Origin: the human T2T-CHM13v2.0 reference genome, Homo sapiens
Length of the DNA: 64,000 nucleotides
Assembly: GCF_009914755.1 (NCBI RefSeq)
Contig: NC_060931.1
Direction: 5' to 3' (one strand)
Shown here: one piece after another, positions 14,509 to 26,900 of the stretch
Layout: every line of letters starts with the position of its first letter
Numbering within the stretch: position 1 is the stretch's first letter
Position numbers and translations under genes: made by a program
Notes under the pieces: model-generated
The model's input: the letters and a program-made list of their open reading frames with translations, nothing else
The model's database searches: none
What the model was told of the DNA's origin: nothing

Positions 14509-14791
14509 GGAAAAGTTTCATCCCTGGACTGACAGATGGCGCTTTCTTGGGCAGTGGTTTGGGGAAGGGAAAGCTTCATCCTGGGGCTGGTGGATGGTGC
14601 TTTCTTGGGCAGTGGTTTGGGGAAGGGAAAGCTTCATCCCAGGGCTGGTGGATGGCGCTTTCTTGGGAGGTGGTTTGGGGAAGGGAAAGCTTCATCCCAG
14701 GGCTGGTGGATGGTGCTTTCTTGGGCGGTGGTTTGGGGAAGGGAAAGCTTCATCCCGGGGCTGGGGGGATGGCACTTTCTTGGGCGGTGGT
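14509..14791. repeat. 58-bp tandem repeat, about 5 copies
   Basis: Unit gggaaagcttcatcccagggctggtggatggcgctttcttgggcagtggtttggggaa. Confidence 0.96.
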
Positions 14792-15060
14792 CTCCACTGG
14801 ACTCATGTTTGAGTGAAGTGAATACGGGGTTTTTAACTGTAACTTAGTAGAAGTCTTGAAATAAAGGATAAGTTGAAAGTGAATGTGAATCCAACACTCA
14901 CAGAACGTCAGAAGGGACTTGGTGGCGGTCCTGACCCAGCCAAGCATGGCGGGAACCCCAACCTGGCCACCCTCAGCCGGCCCCAGCAGAAGCCACACAA
15001 GCCCACAGACTGGGGCCAATGTACTGGCGTCCAGGACGCGGGCGTCTCATTTCAGCCGCG

Positions 15061-15992
15061 TGTGATCTTGTGAAATATGTAACTGATCGTCAACCCATCT
15101 ACCAGAACACAGCTCCTAAAACCCTCGGGCTTTCCCGACTGAGGCCTTCCATGTGCCAATGACTGACGGTGGCTGCAGCCCCCGGGCAGCTGCAGGATGG
15201 GGCGGGACACCAGGAAGATCGAGGCCGGACTAGAGGCTCGGGACTTCAGCCCCACCCCTAAGCTGGGGAAGGAGAGGGGCTGAAGGCTGAGTGGTTCACC
15301 AATGAGCAGGGGCGGAGTCAATTATGTCCGCCTGACAAGGCCTCCATCAAAACCCAAAGGTTTCTCACCGGAGCAGGGAGCGCTTTCACTGTTCCTGGAG
15401 GGTGGTGGCCTCCATCAAAACCCAAAGGTTTTCCACCAGAGCTAGGAGAGCTTCCACTCTTCCCGGAGGGTGGCGGCCTCCATCAAAACCCAAAGGCTTC
15501 TCACGGGAACTGGGAGAGCTCCCACTGTTCCCGGAGGGTGGGGAGGGCACGCAAGCTCTGCACCCTTCCCCCACATCTCGCCCTGCGCATCCATTCATCT
15601 GCATCCTTCGCAGTAAGCTTCATAATAAACTGGTGAACATACGTTTCCTTGAGTTCTGTGAGACACTCCAGCAAATTTATCAAACCCAAGGGGAATCCCA
15701 ACTGGGTGGTAGGAACCCCAGTTTACAGCTGGCCGGTCAGAAGCACACCTGCGGCTCGCGACCAGCACCAGAAGGTGGGGACTGAGCCCTCACCCAGGGT
15801 CTGACAGCACCTCCAGGTAGACAGTGTCAGAACAGAACTGAGTGAGACTGAGCTGAACGGCTGGTGTCCCAGGCAGAACCAACTGCTTGCTTGGTGGGTG
15901 GGGAAACACCCCACATCTGGTCAGAGTCTTCTGTGTTGACTGCTGCGACGTGAGAGCAGAGGAAACCGTTCTGAGTCTTTCCTATCCCATCA
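15061..15992 (+). mobile_element. MER21 (A/B-like) solo LTR with an internal 68-bp triplication
   Basis: Starts tgtgatcttgtgaaatat; contains cagctcctaaaaccct, cttcagccccacccc, AATAAA at 15624 and ctccaggtagacagtgtcagaa, all matching the recalled MER21 consensus. Confidence 0.85.
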
Positions 15993-18900
15993 GCCGCCTC
16001 GGAAAGCCCTACACTGACACTGGCCCCAGGTGCAGCACTGGCCAGCGGCCCCCCTGCCCCCTCCAGGCGCTCCATAACCAAAAACGCAAGACAAAATAAA
16101 AAGCAGGCACAAAGCTCATGGGAAACACATATTATGAGGCTACTTTGGGACCCAGTTCAATTTTAAACTACTCATGGGCCAATTTAATACTCAAGGGCTG
16201 TAAAATCTACTCTTGAATCACTGAATTCAGGTGGGAACGTTCACAAGTGCTTTAAATCACGGCTCCGTGTGGTCATTTAACTAGAAGAACGCCACCATTC
16301 CCTGTACTCTGCTTCAAAGCCAGAATGTGCAAAGGCAAGAATGTGACAGGTGCTGTCTTTCAGGTGACAGGCACAGCACAGGCATCTGGCCAGAGAGAAG
16401 GGTAAGGGGCTGCGCTGGGAAGCACCCTCAGCTCAGCACAGGATGGCTGGGCAGCCTTGAAGGGGGCCCAGCAAACCCACACCCTGCATCCTGAGTGAGG
16501 GTGCACTCACATCTGTGTGGGGGCACATGTGGGGCTGGAGTCCCCCTGCCACGCAGAGCAGATGTGAGTAACGCACACCCACAGGACAGTGGCTGTCTTG
16601 CTTCAGAGCCCAGGCTCCCGGCACTTGAGGACCAGGGCTCAGTGCAATAGAGCCAGGGGCCAAGACTGGGTCCCAGGAACTGGATGTGGCCTGAGCTGCT
16701 TCCCTCAGGCCCACATCCCACTCTCTGCAGCCTAGGCCGCCTCGGTGAGGCAGGACGGCAGGCACCGAGGCGCCCCAAGCCCGGCCCTCGGCCTGTAACA
16801 GTGGCTCAGCAGAACTAGCATATCCCTCCGCCACTGCTTAAAGGGTCTTTACCTACTCCTAGCTTTTAGAGTACTGAGATAATAATGCAAAAATAGCAAA
16901 GAGTAATAATGCAAAAACTCACTCTGGGATCAAAGGGGAAGTGTGGAAACAGCTAACTAGGCTTTGTTAAAGATCTGCAGGAGTGCTGTGGCCTGGCCAA
17001 GGACAGAGCAGTTCCCGACCCCTCGGACCCTTGCTGGCACCCAGATCTCTACGATCGTCAGTCACCTCTTGGACCCAACCCCCTCCTCTTGCCCCTACCC
17101 TTAGCATAACTAGAGCCTGGGATCTGTACTGACTTCAGATGGTCTTTGTGACTGTAGGTCACCATCTCCCCGATCCGCTGGCTCCCCGAATACGCCTGCT
17201 CTTCCTCCGCCACTCTCGCCTCTCGTGTCTGGCTGTCAAGCATCGAGCAGCTGAACCTGGGCTTCCTTACAGACCCGGTCTGAGGAAATGCAGTGGCTGC
17301 AGGATGTAGCGTGAAGCGTGTGTTCCGCAGCACCCCAGAGGGTAGACAGAGGCATAGGGGCGTGGGGCTGAGCACAGGCTGGAAAAGCTCATCCGCCAGG
17401 TTGTGAAGCAAACCTCTCCTTCCTGGCAGTGAAATCCACATCATGAACGGAGATGGGAGAAGTGAACCAGAGCAACACACATTCCCGGCTGAGGGACGGC
17501 GTGGGCAGCAGAGAGACACCCACTCCAGGACCGTCCAGGTGCAAGCACTCGGGCCCGCGTCATCAGGGCCACATCCCCAAGGCCTGATGGCTGACACTGA
17601 AATCTTCTGAACAACAGAACTAGACTGTAAAAATCCAACACCAAGACGTGACAAGGAGACGACACTGTGGAATGCTCGCCAAGAACCATGTCCGGGATGT
17701 TTGCCACTCACACCTGACTGGCAGGCGAGTCTACCCAGTCTGTTCAGCACACGGGATGTGGGTGAGGACGGCCACATGCCGTTCCAGGCAGCAGAGATGG
17801 CAGCACGGAACACCGCAGCCAGCCTGGGCTCGCTGGGCCTCCATTCTACTGGGGTGGGAATCTCAAGCAAAGAAGCCACGCGTGTGGCATGAGCAGAGAA
17901 TCTCACGGCGGGTGCAGGTACTGAGGTCACCGAGAGCAGAAGGAAGACCCTCAGGCGCCAAGGACGCAGTGACTTCAGGAAGCAGCTCCCAGCCCTTGGG
18001 CTGTGGGAACACGGGGCAGAGGCTGACATCATTAAAATGTAGACACTCAGAGATGGGCCCCATGGAACAGGAACTGAGGCTGCTGAGGGAGGCCATGCTG
18101 GTGTCTGCATGGGGACCCTGGAGGGCCTGGACCCAGGCCTCTGAGAACAGGGCAGCAGCCCATGGAGCTGGCACCTCTAGGCGCTACGGAATCTGCAGGC
18201 TGGCAGGCTGCTGGGAGGGGGCAAGGCCAGCGGCTAAAGAGCTGCCCCACTTGCCTGCAGGCTGACCCCGGGCCCTCTCCAGCGCCCCCAGGACAGGCAC
18301 TCCCTGGCGAAGCGCAGGTGTGGGCTGCAGCCCTGGCACCGCAAAGTAGGGCTCAGAGAAGGGAGTGTGGAGCTGCGAGGCAACAACTCAGTAACCACAA
18401 TGGGCAGAAGACAGGCCATCAGCAAACCAGCAAGCAGGTGCCTCCTGACACTGGAGGGGAAACCGGAGGCTGGGGGGGCCCTCGGGGAGGGGTGGCGGGA
18501 CAGCCTGTGGTGTCAGAGACAGGCGGTGTCAGAGCCGGGGACGCTTCCAATGGGCAGCTGGCGTGCTCATTCGTGGTCAGCCCAGTGGGCCCGAGGTTGG
18601 GCCAACCGGGAGCAATGGGCAAGGTCACAAGAGGACGAGCAAACCAGGAACGGCCTCTGCACGGGACGTGGAGAGCGGGCTGAGCCAGAGGGGCAGGAAG
18701 GCAAGGAGCAGGCTGGCATGTGTCCATGAGGTGCCGGCGTCTCGAGAGGAGGGGAAGGTCCAGCAGAGGCAGCCCTGTCCTGAGGACCCGAGGAAGTGGC
18801 AATTAGGAGCCAAGCCCTGGAGGTGCAGGAAGGGCCGGCACAAAGTGGACGGCCCCAGAGTGCAGCCTAAAGGCCCCCCATCTAGCGTTTCAGACACCGC

Positions 18901-19842
18901 CAACAAGTGGTGCTGCCCACCCAGGCGTGCAGGTAGAGGCGCTCCGGCAAGATGGCCTCTGCCTCCCACCCCTCAGGCCCTGCAGGGCACCGGGACCCAG
19001 CACGCTGAGCCACAGCGGCACCAGCGACGGCGGGCTCTCCCCTGTTGGGGATGTTCTCTCTGTTCAATCCCGGCCTTTCTTCTGAGGTACAGAAGAGAAA
19101 ACTCAAAAAATTAAGCCTCTAGTTCCATGCTTGGACTGAACTCTGAGGTCACTGGCATTTCCGTGAGCCTCTGGGAGTTCAGAATGAAGTTCTTAGTTCC
19201 TCAAGGAGAAGCCAGGCATGTTTATCAATCAATGGCTCTCTGAGCCAGCCTCTACTCAAAGAACAAGCTCTGAGCTTCTGAGCATCCATCTGCGCTGTGA
19301 CCAGCCACTGCCGGCCACTTTAATGTGATCTTCATCAGAAACTCCCGGCCTAAGAATACCGACTTTCAAGGAACAACGAAAGGACACAATGTATCCCAAA
19401 GTGGCAGGAGACATTTTAACGACCTTCCTCAAGACACTGCTGAGCCAGCTCTTCCACGCACGACCCATTCCTCCCACACACTCTTTGTCTACCTTCTCCC
19501 AAGTCCCAGCCCACTGTGAGCACCCGCCAAGGCAAGGGCAGGCATCGCACAAACAGGCATCACTGGACTCTCCCCAGAAACCATGGGGCTCTGGAGCACA
19601 GGAGCCCACGGCGTGGCCACCGCGGGAGACAGGCTCTGAGAGAGGCCAGGACAGGTGGTGCTGGGGTCTAAGGCGAAGCAGTTGTGTGCTCCCGGGACCT
19701 GATCCGACCCTTGGGATGGTATGAGGCGGCTGTTCCCGCCCCAGTCACAAGGCTGAGTGGTGCCTGGAGTGTGGATCCACAGGGTATGAAGACGCCTCCA
19801 CAGCCACGCCCGGGCCCAGGGCAAAACCAGCACGTTTTGGGC

Positions 19843-20172
19843 AGTGCACAGAATGCCTGTGTCGTCCCAAGTTCACCTGTGAAAACCCAGATCCCCAATG
19901 TGATGGTGACCAAACGGGGGCCCCTGAGAGGGCATTCGGTCCTGAGGGCGGAGTGCTCCCAATGGGATGCGCAAGTTGTAAGCAGCACAAAGCTCGAGTC
20001 CTCTCCCTCTGCCCTGTGAGGACAGGGGCTGGTCATCTGCAAACCAGGAAGAGAGCCCTCCTCAGACCCGGCACTGCCATCCTGCACTCCTCAGCTCCAC
20101 AGCTGTGAGAAACGGACGTCTGTTCAGATCCCCGACTATGGTACTTTGTTAAGTGAGCCCGAACACAGACGG
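19843..20172 (+). mobile_element. MLT1 (MaLR) LTR, diverged
   Basis: ccccaatgtgatggt...catctgcaaaccaggaagagagccctc...ctgtgagaaa...ctatggtactttgtta. Confidence 0.8.
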
Positions 20173-20251
20173 TCTCCTAACCCATAACGCCCAGACACAC
20201 TGTTCACACATGGGCATGGGGTCACACCGAGGCTTCCGGGCTGATGACTGC

Positions 20252-20790
20252 CCCAACACAGTTATGACACAGTGAGCCCACAGCACAGTTAGCCTGCAGC
20301 ACAGTGAGCCCGAGACACAGGTATGACACAGCGAGCACATGGCATGGTGACCCTGAGACAGGGTTACGACTTGGTGAGCCCGCAACATGGTGAGCCCAAG
20401 ACGGTTACGACATGGTGAGCTCACGGCACAGTGAGCCTGAGATGGTTACGACACGATGAGCCCGCAGCACGGTCAGCCTGAGACGGTTACAACATGGTGA
20501 GCCTGTGGCACGGTGAGCCCAAGACAGGGTTACGACATAGTGAGCCCACAGCATGGTCAGCCCGAGACAGTTATGGCACAGTGAGCCCGCGGCACGGTGA
20601 GCCCGCAGCATGGTGAGCCCGAGACGGTTATGACACAGTGAGCTCACGGCACGGTGAGCCCGAGACAGAGTTACGACTTGGTGAGCCCGCGGCATGGTGA
20701 GCCCAAGACAGAGTTACGACTTGGTGAGCCCGCGGCATGGTGAGCCCGAGATGGTTACGACATGGTGAGCTCGCAGCACGGTGAGCCTGC
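20252..20790. repeat. Composite minisatellite of about 15-bp and 24-bp units built on ggtgagccc
   Basis: Alternating gcacggtgagccc and gagacggttacgacacggtgagccc modules. Confidence 0.93.
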
Positions 20791-20954
20791 CAGTGGCCTC
20801 AAGGGTTAAGATGTAAACACAGCCGCATGCACGGTGATCCTCAGTGATGACGTCTGGCATGAAACTAGGAAAATACTAATAAAATTGTATTCGAACCTTG
20901 GCAAAATCTCTAAAAGCACCTTTATTCTTAGCTATCTGAGGAACATAGATCAAG

Positions 20955-21030
20955 ACCCACCCACAAGTATGATTTTTAATCATCTCGATTTTACAGATGA
21001 GTAAATTCAAGCCTTGAGCGACTGAGTCAT
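20955..21030. mobile_element. MIR core fragment
   Basis: atcatctcgattttacagatgagtaaattcaagcc resembles the MIR core (attttacagatgaggaaactgaggc). Confidence 0.6.
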
Positions 21031-21036
21031 GAGCAT

Positions 21037-21234
21037 GAAGCCACCGTGTCCCCCAGGACACCACTGTACTGACCTCCAGGGTCTCCAGGGCCATGCCTTG
21101 AGCACCCCCATAGGGCTGGGGGGAGACGCCCCAGTCGGGCCAAGCAACAGCACTGCCACACAGGTGACACGTTCCATGTGTCTCTCAGGAAGAGAGCAAG
21201 TGCACGGGCTTGGCTGAGCCAGCGGTTGGGAGGG
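21037..21234 (+). repeat. 198-bp dispersed direct repeat, copy 1
   Basis: Matches 22505-22702 with 6 mismatches by eye. Confidence 0.97.
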
Positions 21235-22504
21235 CTGCGACCCAGCGGGGAGCAGTGAACTCTAACTGGTGGCCTGGAGCAGGTACACGAGACAAAAAGC
21301 AGTGCCGTTCTGCAGGAGGCGCGCGGGAGCAGGAGACAAGGATCCAGGAGGCTAGCAGGGAGCAGAGGACAGGCTCCAGCCCCAGTGGACAGCCTGCCCT
21401 GCTCTGCTCCGGAAGCACCCACAGGTTCTGAAAGAGGATATCGCTGGACAGAACAACCTCCCAAACCACACGTGCTCGTCCTCCAGTCACAAGAACTGTA
21501 CACAGAGCTGTGTTCACAGGCGCCCGTCGGGGAGCCTCGCAGCAGCCTGGATCTAGAGGCAAAATTTTAAATGGAGCACGAACTGGTTTCAGAAATACTC
21601 TCCCGGAAGGCCAGGGTTCCCAGACAGGGCAGAAGCAACACTGAGCATGTTCAGGCATCCACATTCGCTCCTTGCTAAGAGGGAACACCGGGGAAGGGCC
21701 CCCACTCACCACAGAGAGGAGCCGTCTCTGCCATCGAAGCCCCCAGCTCCGGCCTGGAGACCGGCACGACAGACGCAGGCTCCTTGTGTATCTGAGGAGC
21801 CGCCTGAGAATGGGAATCAATAGCTGCCTCTGCAGAGAGGCAGGGAAACAACTGCCCTGGGACCTACAGGGTTGAGAGGGTCCCGCCTACCTGCAGGATC
21901 CCCCACGTCACCCCACTATCCGGAGGCTCTGAGCGCTCCATCCACCTCTGGCCTTCTCCTTCCTCTTGGATGGAACTGAGGCCACCAGGCCCCTCGCTGC
22001 GAATGGGCAGGGGAGGACTGGATCAGACGCGTGCGTCCGTCGTGAAGCACGAGAGCATCAAGAGGTCCCAGTTCCTCCCCTGCCCCACGCTCACGGGGCC
22101 TCCGCGGCTGAGCCAGGAGATGCTCCCTGATCAGGAGCTGCTGGAGATTCAGATCAGAGTTTATGCTTCTCATCTACCCAGGACTGAAGAAGAAAGCAGA
22201 GGAGGCTGGCGGCCAGGGCCCCTCCATGTCTGAACTCGGAGGCCGAGCCTCCTGAGCAGTTTCCCACTCTCGCCCGAGCAGCTTTCGGCTGCAGGGGGTG
22301 CTCCTGGGTACATGACCTCGTTTAGTCTGCACCAGAATCTGGGAGGAAAGCAGCAGCGCCACCCCCACCCCACATCCCTGAGGAGGAAGGGGCTCAGAGG
22401 TGGCATGCCTCGCTGAGGACTTGGGTTCAAATCTCCACCAGAATCTAGGAGGACAGCGGCAGCACCGGCCCCAGTCCCCACATCCCCAAGGACAAAGGGG
22501 CTCA

Positions 22505-22702
22505 GAAGCCACCGTGTCCCCCAGGACACCACTGTACTGACCTCCAGGGTCTCCAGGGCCGTGCCTTGGGCACCCCCATAGGGCTGGGGGGAGATGCCCC
22601 AGTCGGGCCAAGCAACAGCACTGCCACACAGGTGACACGTTCCATGTGTCTCTCAGGAAGAGGGCAAGTGCAGGGGCTTGGCCGAGCCAGCGGTTGGGAG
22701 GG
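22505..22702 (+). repeat. 198-bp dispersed direct repeat, copy 2, inserted in a 106-bp tandem duplication (22331-22738)
   Basis: Same sequence as 21037-21234; it splits the second 106-bp unit. Confidence 0.95.
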
Positions 22703-23049
22703 GGTGAATGCCTCGCTGAAGACTCGGGTTCAAGTCCACGTGGCCAGCTCAGCCCCCACACCGTCATGAGGCTGGGGCCGGGCAGCCGCACTCAGTGGCA
22801 CAGGTGGGCACTTGCAGGTGAAAGAGAGGGGCAAGCCCTCCTCCCTGGGGGGCAGGTTCAGACTCGGAAGGGGCTGGGACTCCGAGAGGGCAGGTGCCCC
22901 AGGACATCAGGCTCAGCGTGGCACGCAGCTGTTGTTATTTACTCTATCTAATCCCAATCTTAAATGCCTCCAAGTGTCAATACACATTTTTCTGAAAAAA
23001 ATAAAAATCCAAACAGCGGAAACAAAACCAGAGAATGAGAAGACCAAAG

Positions 23050-23410
23050 GCTGAAATAATTACCAATCAAAGGAACGGCCAGGGGAGCAGGCTCTGAAGC
23101 TGCAGCCTGGCCTCCCGGTCACTTCTCCCCGACTCTGCCTCTGATGAACGCTCTGTTCCCAACATCTCGTCAATTGGAATCACCAAATTCAATTTGCATT
23201 CCCAGATAAACAGAGGCCACACGGCAAATACTCTCATCTGACCTTGAAATGTGAGAAGGAAAATTGCCCTTTGCAATTTCAATTCACTCCCAACCATAAT
23301 GAATAATCCAGTTTAGCTGATCAGCTACCAACCTGTAATCGCCTGGGCAGGGCTCCTCCAAATGCTGGGTGGGGAGCCCCGGCAAGCACGGCCGCAGGGA
23401 GACCATAAAT
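23050..23410. promoter_or_regulatory. Candidate enhancer (AT-rich motif cluster)
   Basis: TCF ATCAAAG (23066), octamer ATTTGCAT (23192), AGATAA overlapping ATAAACA (23204), TAATCC (23304), CCATAAA (23403) in non-repeat sequence. Confidence 0.45.
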
Positions 23411-23784
23411 TCACTTCCGCCCCAGGCTGCTGGAGATTAGGAAATGAGAACTGCAGAGACAAGGGGGCAAGTCACCTCCCCAGGCTCTACTAAACAACCG
23501 CCCCATGCCCTCCAGCTCTGACTTGGAGAAAAAAGAGAAGCCACAGAAGATAATCCGGTGCCTGGAGTGACGCAGAGAGGCACAGCAGGTGTCCTGGACA
23601 CATCTACCGTCTCCCGAGGTCAGAGAGAAGGAGACCATCCGTGCGTCCGTCAACCCCGTCAGCGCTGGCTGCCTGCTCGCCTAATGCACAGGACAGAAGC
23701 CCCAAGGGGCCACATGGCCAACAGGCAGGCAGCAGGCGGGTGGGCCAGCCTCGAGGCTGGGGGCTTTCTCTGCACTGCTGCTCA

Positions 23785-23948
23785 GCAAACAGCCCACCAC
23801 CTATGGTTGTAAGGAAAGTTTTCCTGGAACAAAGCCACTCCCATTCATTGACATATGGCTTACGGCTGCTTTCCTGTGACAGAGCCCGTGGCTCAAAAAG
23901 CCAAAAGTATTTACCATACGGCTCTTTACAGAGAAAGGTTACCAACCA
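23785..23948 (+). mobile_element. MER58A (hAT-Charlie) fragment
   Basis: aaagttttcctggaacaaagccactcccattcattgacatat...aaagccaaaagtatttaccatacggctctttacagagaaagg. Confidence 0.8.
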
Positions 23949-26900
23949 ATACCCTATACCACTACCCTATACCACAGATATGAGGTTTAGAAACGCTAGC
24001 ATGGGTAACTAAAGACATGAGTTCCCACCCACCTGAGGCCGGGCGACTGCATGTCCCCCACAAGAGAGCAAGCTCCTGCCGGCTCCCCGCCTCGGCCACT
24101 GCAGATGCACAAATTCAAAGGCAAAAACAGTAATAACCACCCTCTGACTAAACCCACCCACCCACCCTCATGTGCAGAGCGCCTCCCCCACGATCACAGG
24201 CCTCTGGTAGGAAGCCCAGGATTCCGGGGCCCCTCATTTCCAAATGGGAGCAGGACTCAAAGAACAGCGCTGGGCTCTGACGCCAAGTCCATCCCCAGGC
24301 AGCTGGAAACTCCCGGGTCGCAGAGCAGCCCTGCTGTCGGCTGCACAGGGCCGTGCATTCAGAGGAGGTGCGGAGCCGGATTTTCCCAATGAAGATGCGT
24401 GTGGTTGGGCAAAGGGAACTGCCATTTCTTCAAACACACCCTGAACCTCCCTGCCAGGGAGGGAGACGTTTTCGCCTCATTTCTCGGTTAGGGACACAAA
24501 TGCTGGGGGAGAGTGGCATTCCAGGGGACCTGGCTCACAGGCGGTACCGCCGGGACGTGGCCTGCACTTTGTGACATTATATCTTGGCCTCATTAACCCT
24601 CAGCTGCCTCTCAGCGTGCCCAAGGTCCAGACTCCGTGCCCCCTCTCCCTGGTTCCCCGTTCCTGAAGGGTGAGAAGATGCCTGAGCCCAGGAAGAGAGA
24701 GGAGAGAGCTGCTGTGATGGTCCAGGAGCCAGGCCAGGAACCAAGGACAGGACTGGGAATGACGCAGGGTGGGAATGGCAGAGCCAGCGGGAAGGGTGTT
24801 TGGAAACAGATATGGACAGACAAGCTGGGCCGGGGTGGGGAGGTGGGGAGGCTCTGAGCCGGTGGTGGAAAGCGGCCTGTGGGCAGAGGAGTCGCTTGGG
24901 GCCAGGGTTGCCACACTGGGCTCCTTGCCCCTTCCTCATCTGGATCATAGGTTCTAGCGAAAGTCCATCGAGTTCCCTCAAACTGACGCGTAAAGGAACG
25001 AAAATCACAGCATCCACGTATCAGTCCCACTCCACCAACACTTCTCCAATTTCCAGAACGCCATCGTGCGACCCGGGAAACCTCAGGACACATCTCAGCT
25101 GGAGGACACCAGCCTGTGGAGGGACTGTGGGTCTCAGGGACTGCCAAAAATCCCCGCATCGGGCCGGAACCCACCCCACACAGGAGGCGGGGGGCGCTCC
25201 CTGCATCACTGCAGCCCAGGACACCATCATGCACCCCTTCACTCCCTCGACCAGCCAGCAGGCCCCAGGACTTCTCTCTTCCGGGCTCTGTCCTCCACAC
25301 AGGGGTCCGCCGTCACTGTTCCAGCCCCCGTGGTCGGCGGAGCACAACGGCCCAGGCCCGGCGGAGGGGGCAGGAGCTAAGTGCGAGGGAGAAAAGCCGG
25401 AGCACAGGTTAGAGAGGGGAAGGCCGCCTGGCCTAGCTGGTGGGAAAGCGGGAGACACACCTGCCGTCAGGGTGGGGAGGCTGGGCCTTCATGCGAGTGG
25501 CCAACAGAGATCACGGGACCCCTGGGGAGACAGCAGGGCACGCCTGACATGGCCCCAAGGTCAGGAGCAATAACAGCAAGGTAGCAGCTTCCAGGGACAG
25601 AGGAAAATCTGATCATGGAGATTAGGAGAGAGGTTGGAGCCAAAGATAGAGACTCTGAAGTCTGGCCACACTGAAGTGACAAGAAGAGATGTCAAAGCAC
25701 AAGAACTTATGTAAGAAGGAAAAGCAGAGACCGAGGAATAAAGAACGGAGAACAAGCTCCCGGGAACACCTGCGCAGGAGATGCCAGAGAAAGGGAAGGG
25801 AGGCAGGAGGGGGAGGGGACGGGGACCAGGAGGCCATGTGTGAGTGTGAGGGGGCTGTGCACATCCCACAACAGCTGCACGGGAAACCAGAAAAGCCAGG
25901 GAAGGAGGGAGGGAAGGGAAGGAGAGCGGGGACCATGGGGCCGTGTGTGAGACAGAGTGCAGGAGGGAGAAGGGAGAGAGCGGGAGAGACAGGAGGGAAG
26001 GAGCCAGGCCTGGGGAGCTCAGCAAGGGAGATGGGAGAGACAGAAGGAGAGACCAGAGGGAAGGAGCCGGGCCTGGGAGCTCAGCGGAGCTGCTGTCGGA
26101 GCCGTGACTTCAGCACCATGTGGCCAGTGAATCAGAGCCGTGAGGCATGGAGCTGGGCTCTGGCCGGCGTCGCCGGGTCTGGTGTGGGAGTGCAGCACTC
26201 TAGAGAGGCAGCAGGCCAAGTGGAAGGACCAGGCTGAGGAGATTGAGCTCTGAGGATCAAGGGGCTCACATACCCCGTTTAACTGAGGCTTACATCAAAT
26301 TAGACAAATAGTTAAAAGAAGAGGCAAAGCGATCTCTGTGGCGTCTCTCTTTGGAATCACCCGATAGCCCAATTAGCAGCTCTGAAGCTGAGGCTCTAGT
26401 GCCCATGACAATTGATGGAGCCCGGCGCCTGCACTCGGCCCAGCCTCCGCCCACGCCTGTGCGCCGCACGACCACTCCAGCTGCTTCAGCGCTACCTGGG
26501 TAATGAAGCACATTCGGCCTGTTTATTTTCCCATTGATTTTGCCATCCTTGACCCAAAGCACAGAAGTCAATACCCCGTTAGGTGTGGCACCTTCATGGG
26601 GCCTCTGCTGTCTCTCGCGCTGCAGGGAGAGCTCCCCTGCCCATCAATCAGGAACGGGTGGCACAGGCCCCCAGGGGGAAGAGCCGTCCCTCCCTGCGCG
26701 TGACGTCCTGGGTACCCAGGGCTGACAGCCTCTAAACGCTGTCACTCGACCAATAAAGAAACATCTCCAAAGCATTCCCCGTGCTGAGTAACAAAACTTT
26801 AAGGAGAAAATGAGATTTTCGGAATTATTAGTTTCCCTTTCATTCCTTTCTAGCAGGAGCTGGAGAGAGGAAGGCACCCATTCGCCCATCACTGAGTCAC

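Noticed and set aside
17058-18110. 350-aa minus-strand ORF and overlapping 205-aa plus ORF
   Set aside because: No recognisable domain; Ser/Pro/Arg/Ala composition typical of GC-rich intronic shadow ORFs.
26109-26130. REST/RE1-like site TTCAGCACC-atgt-GGCCAG
   Set aside because: The left half is perfect, but the spacer is non-canonical and the right half is mismatched.
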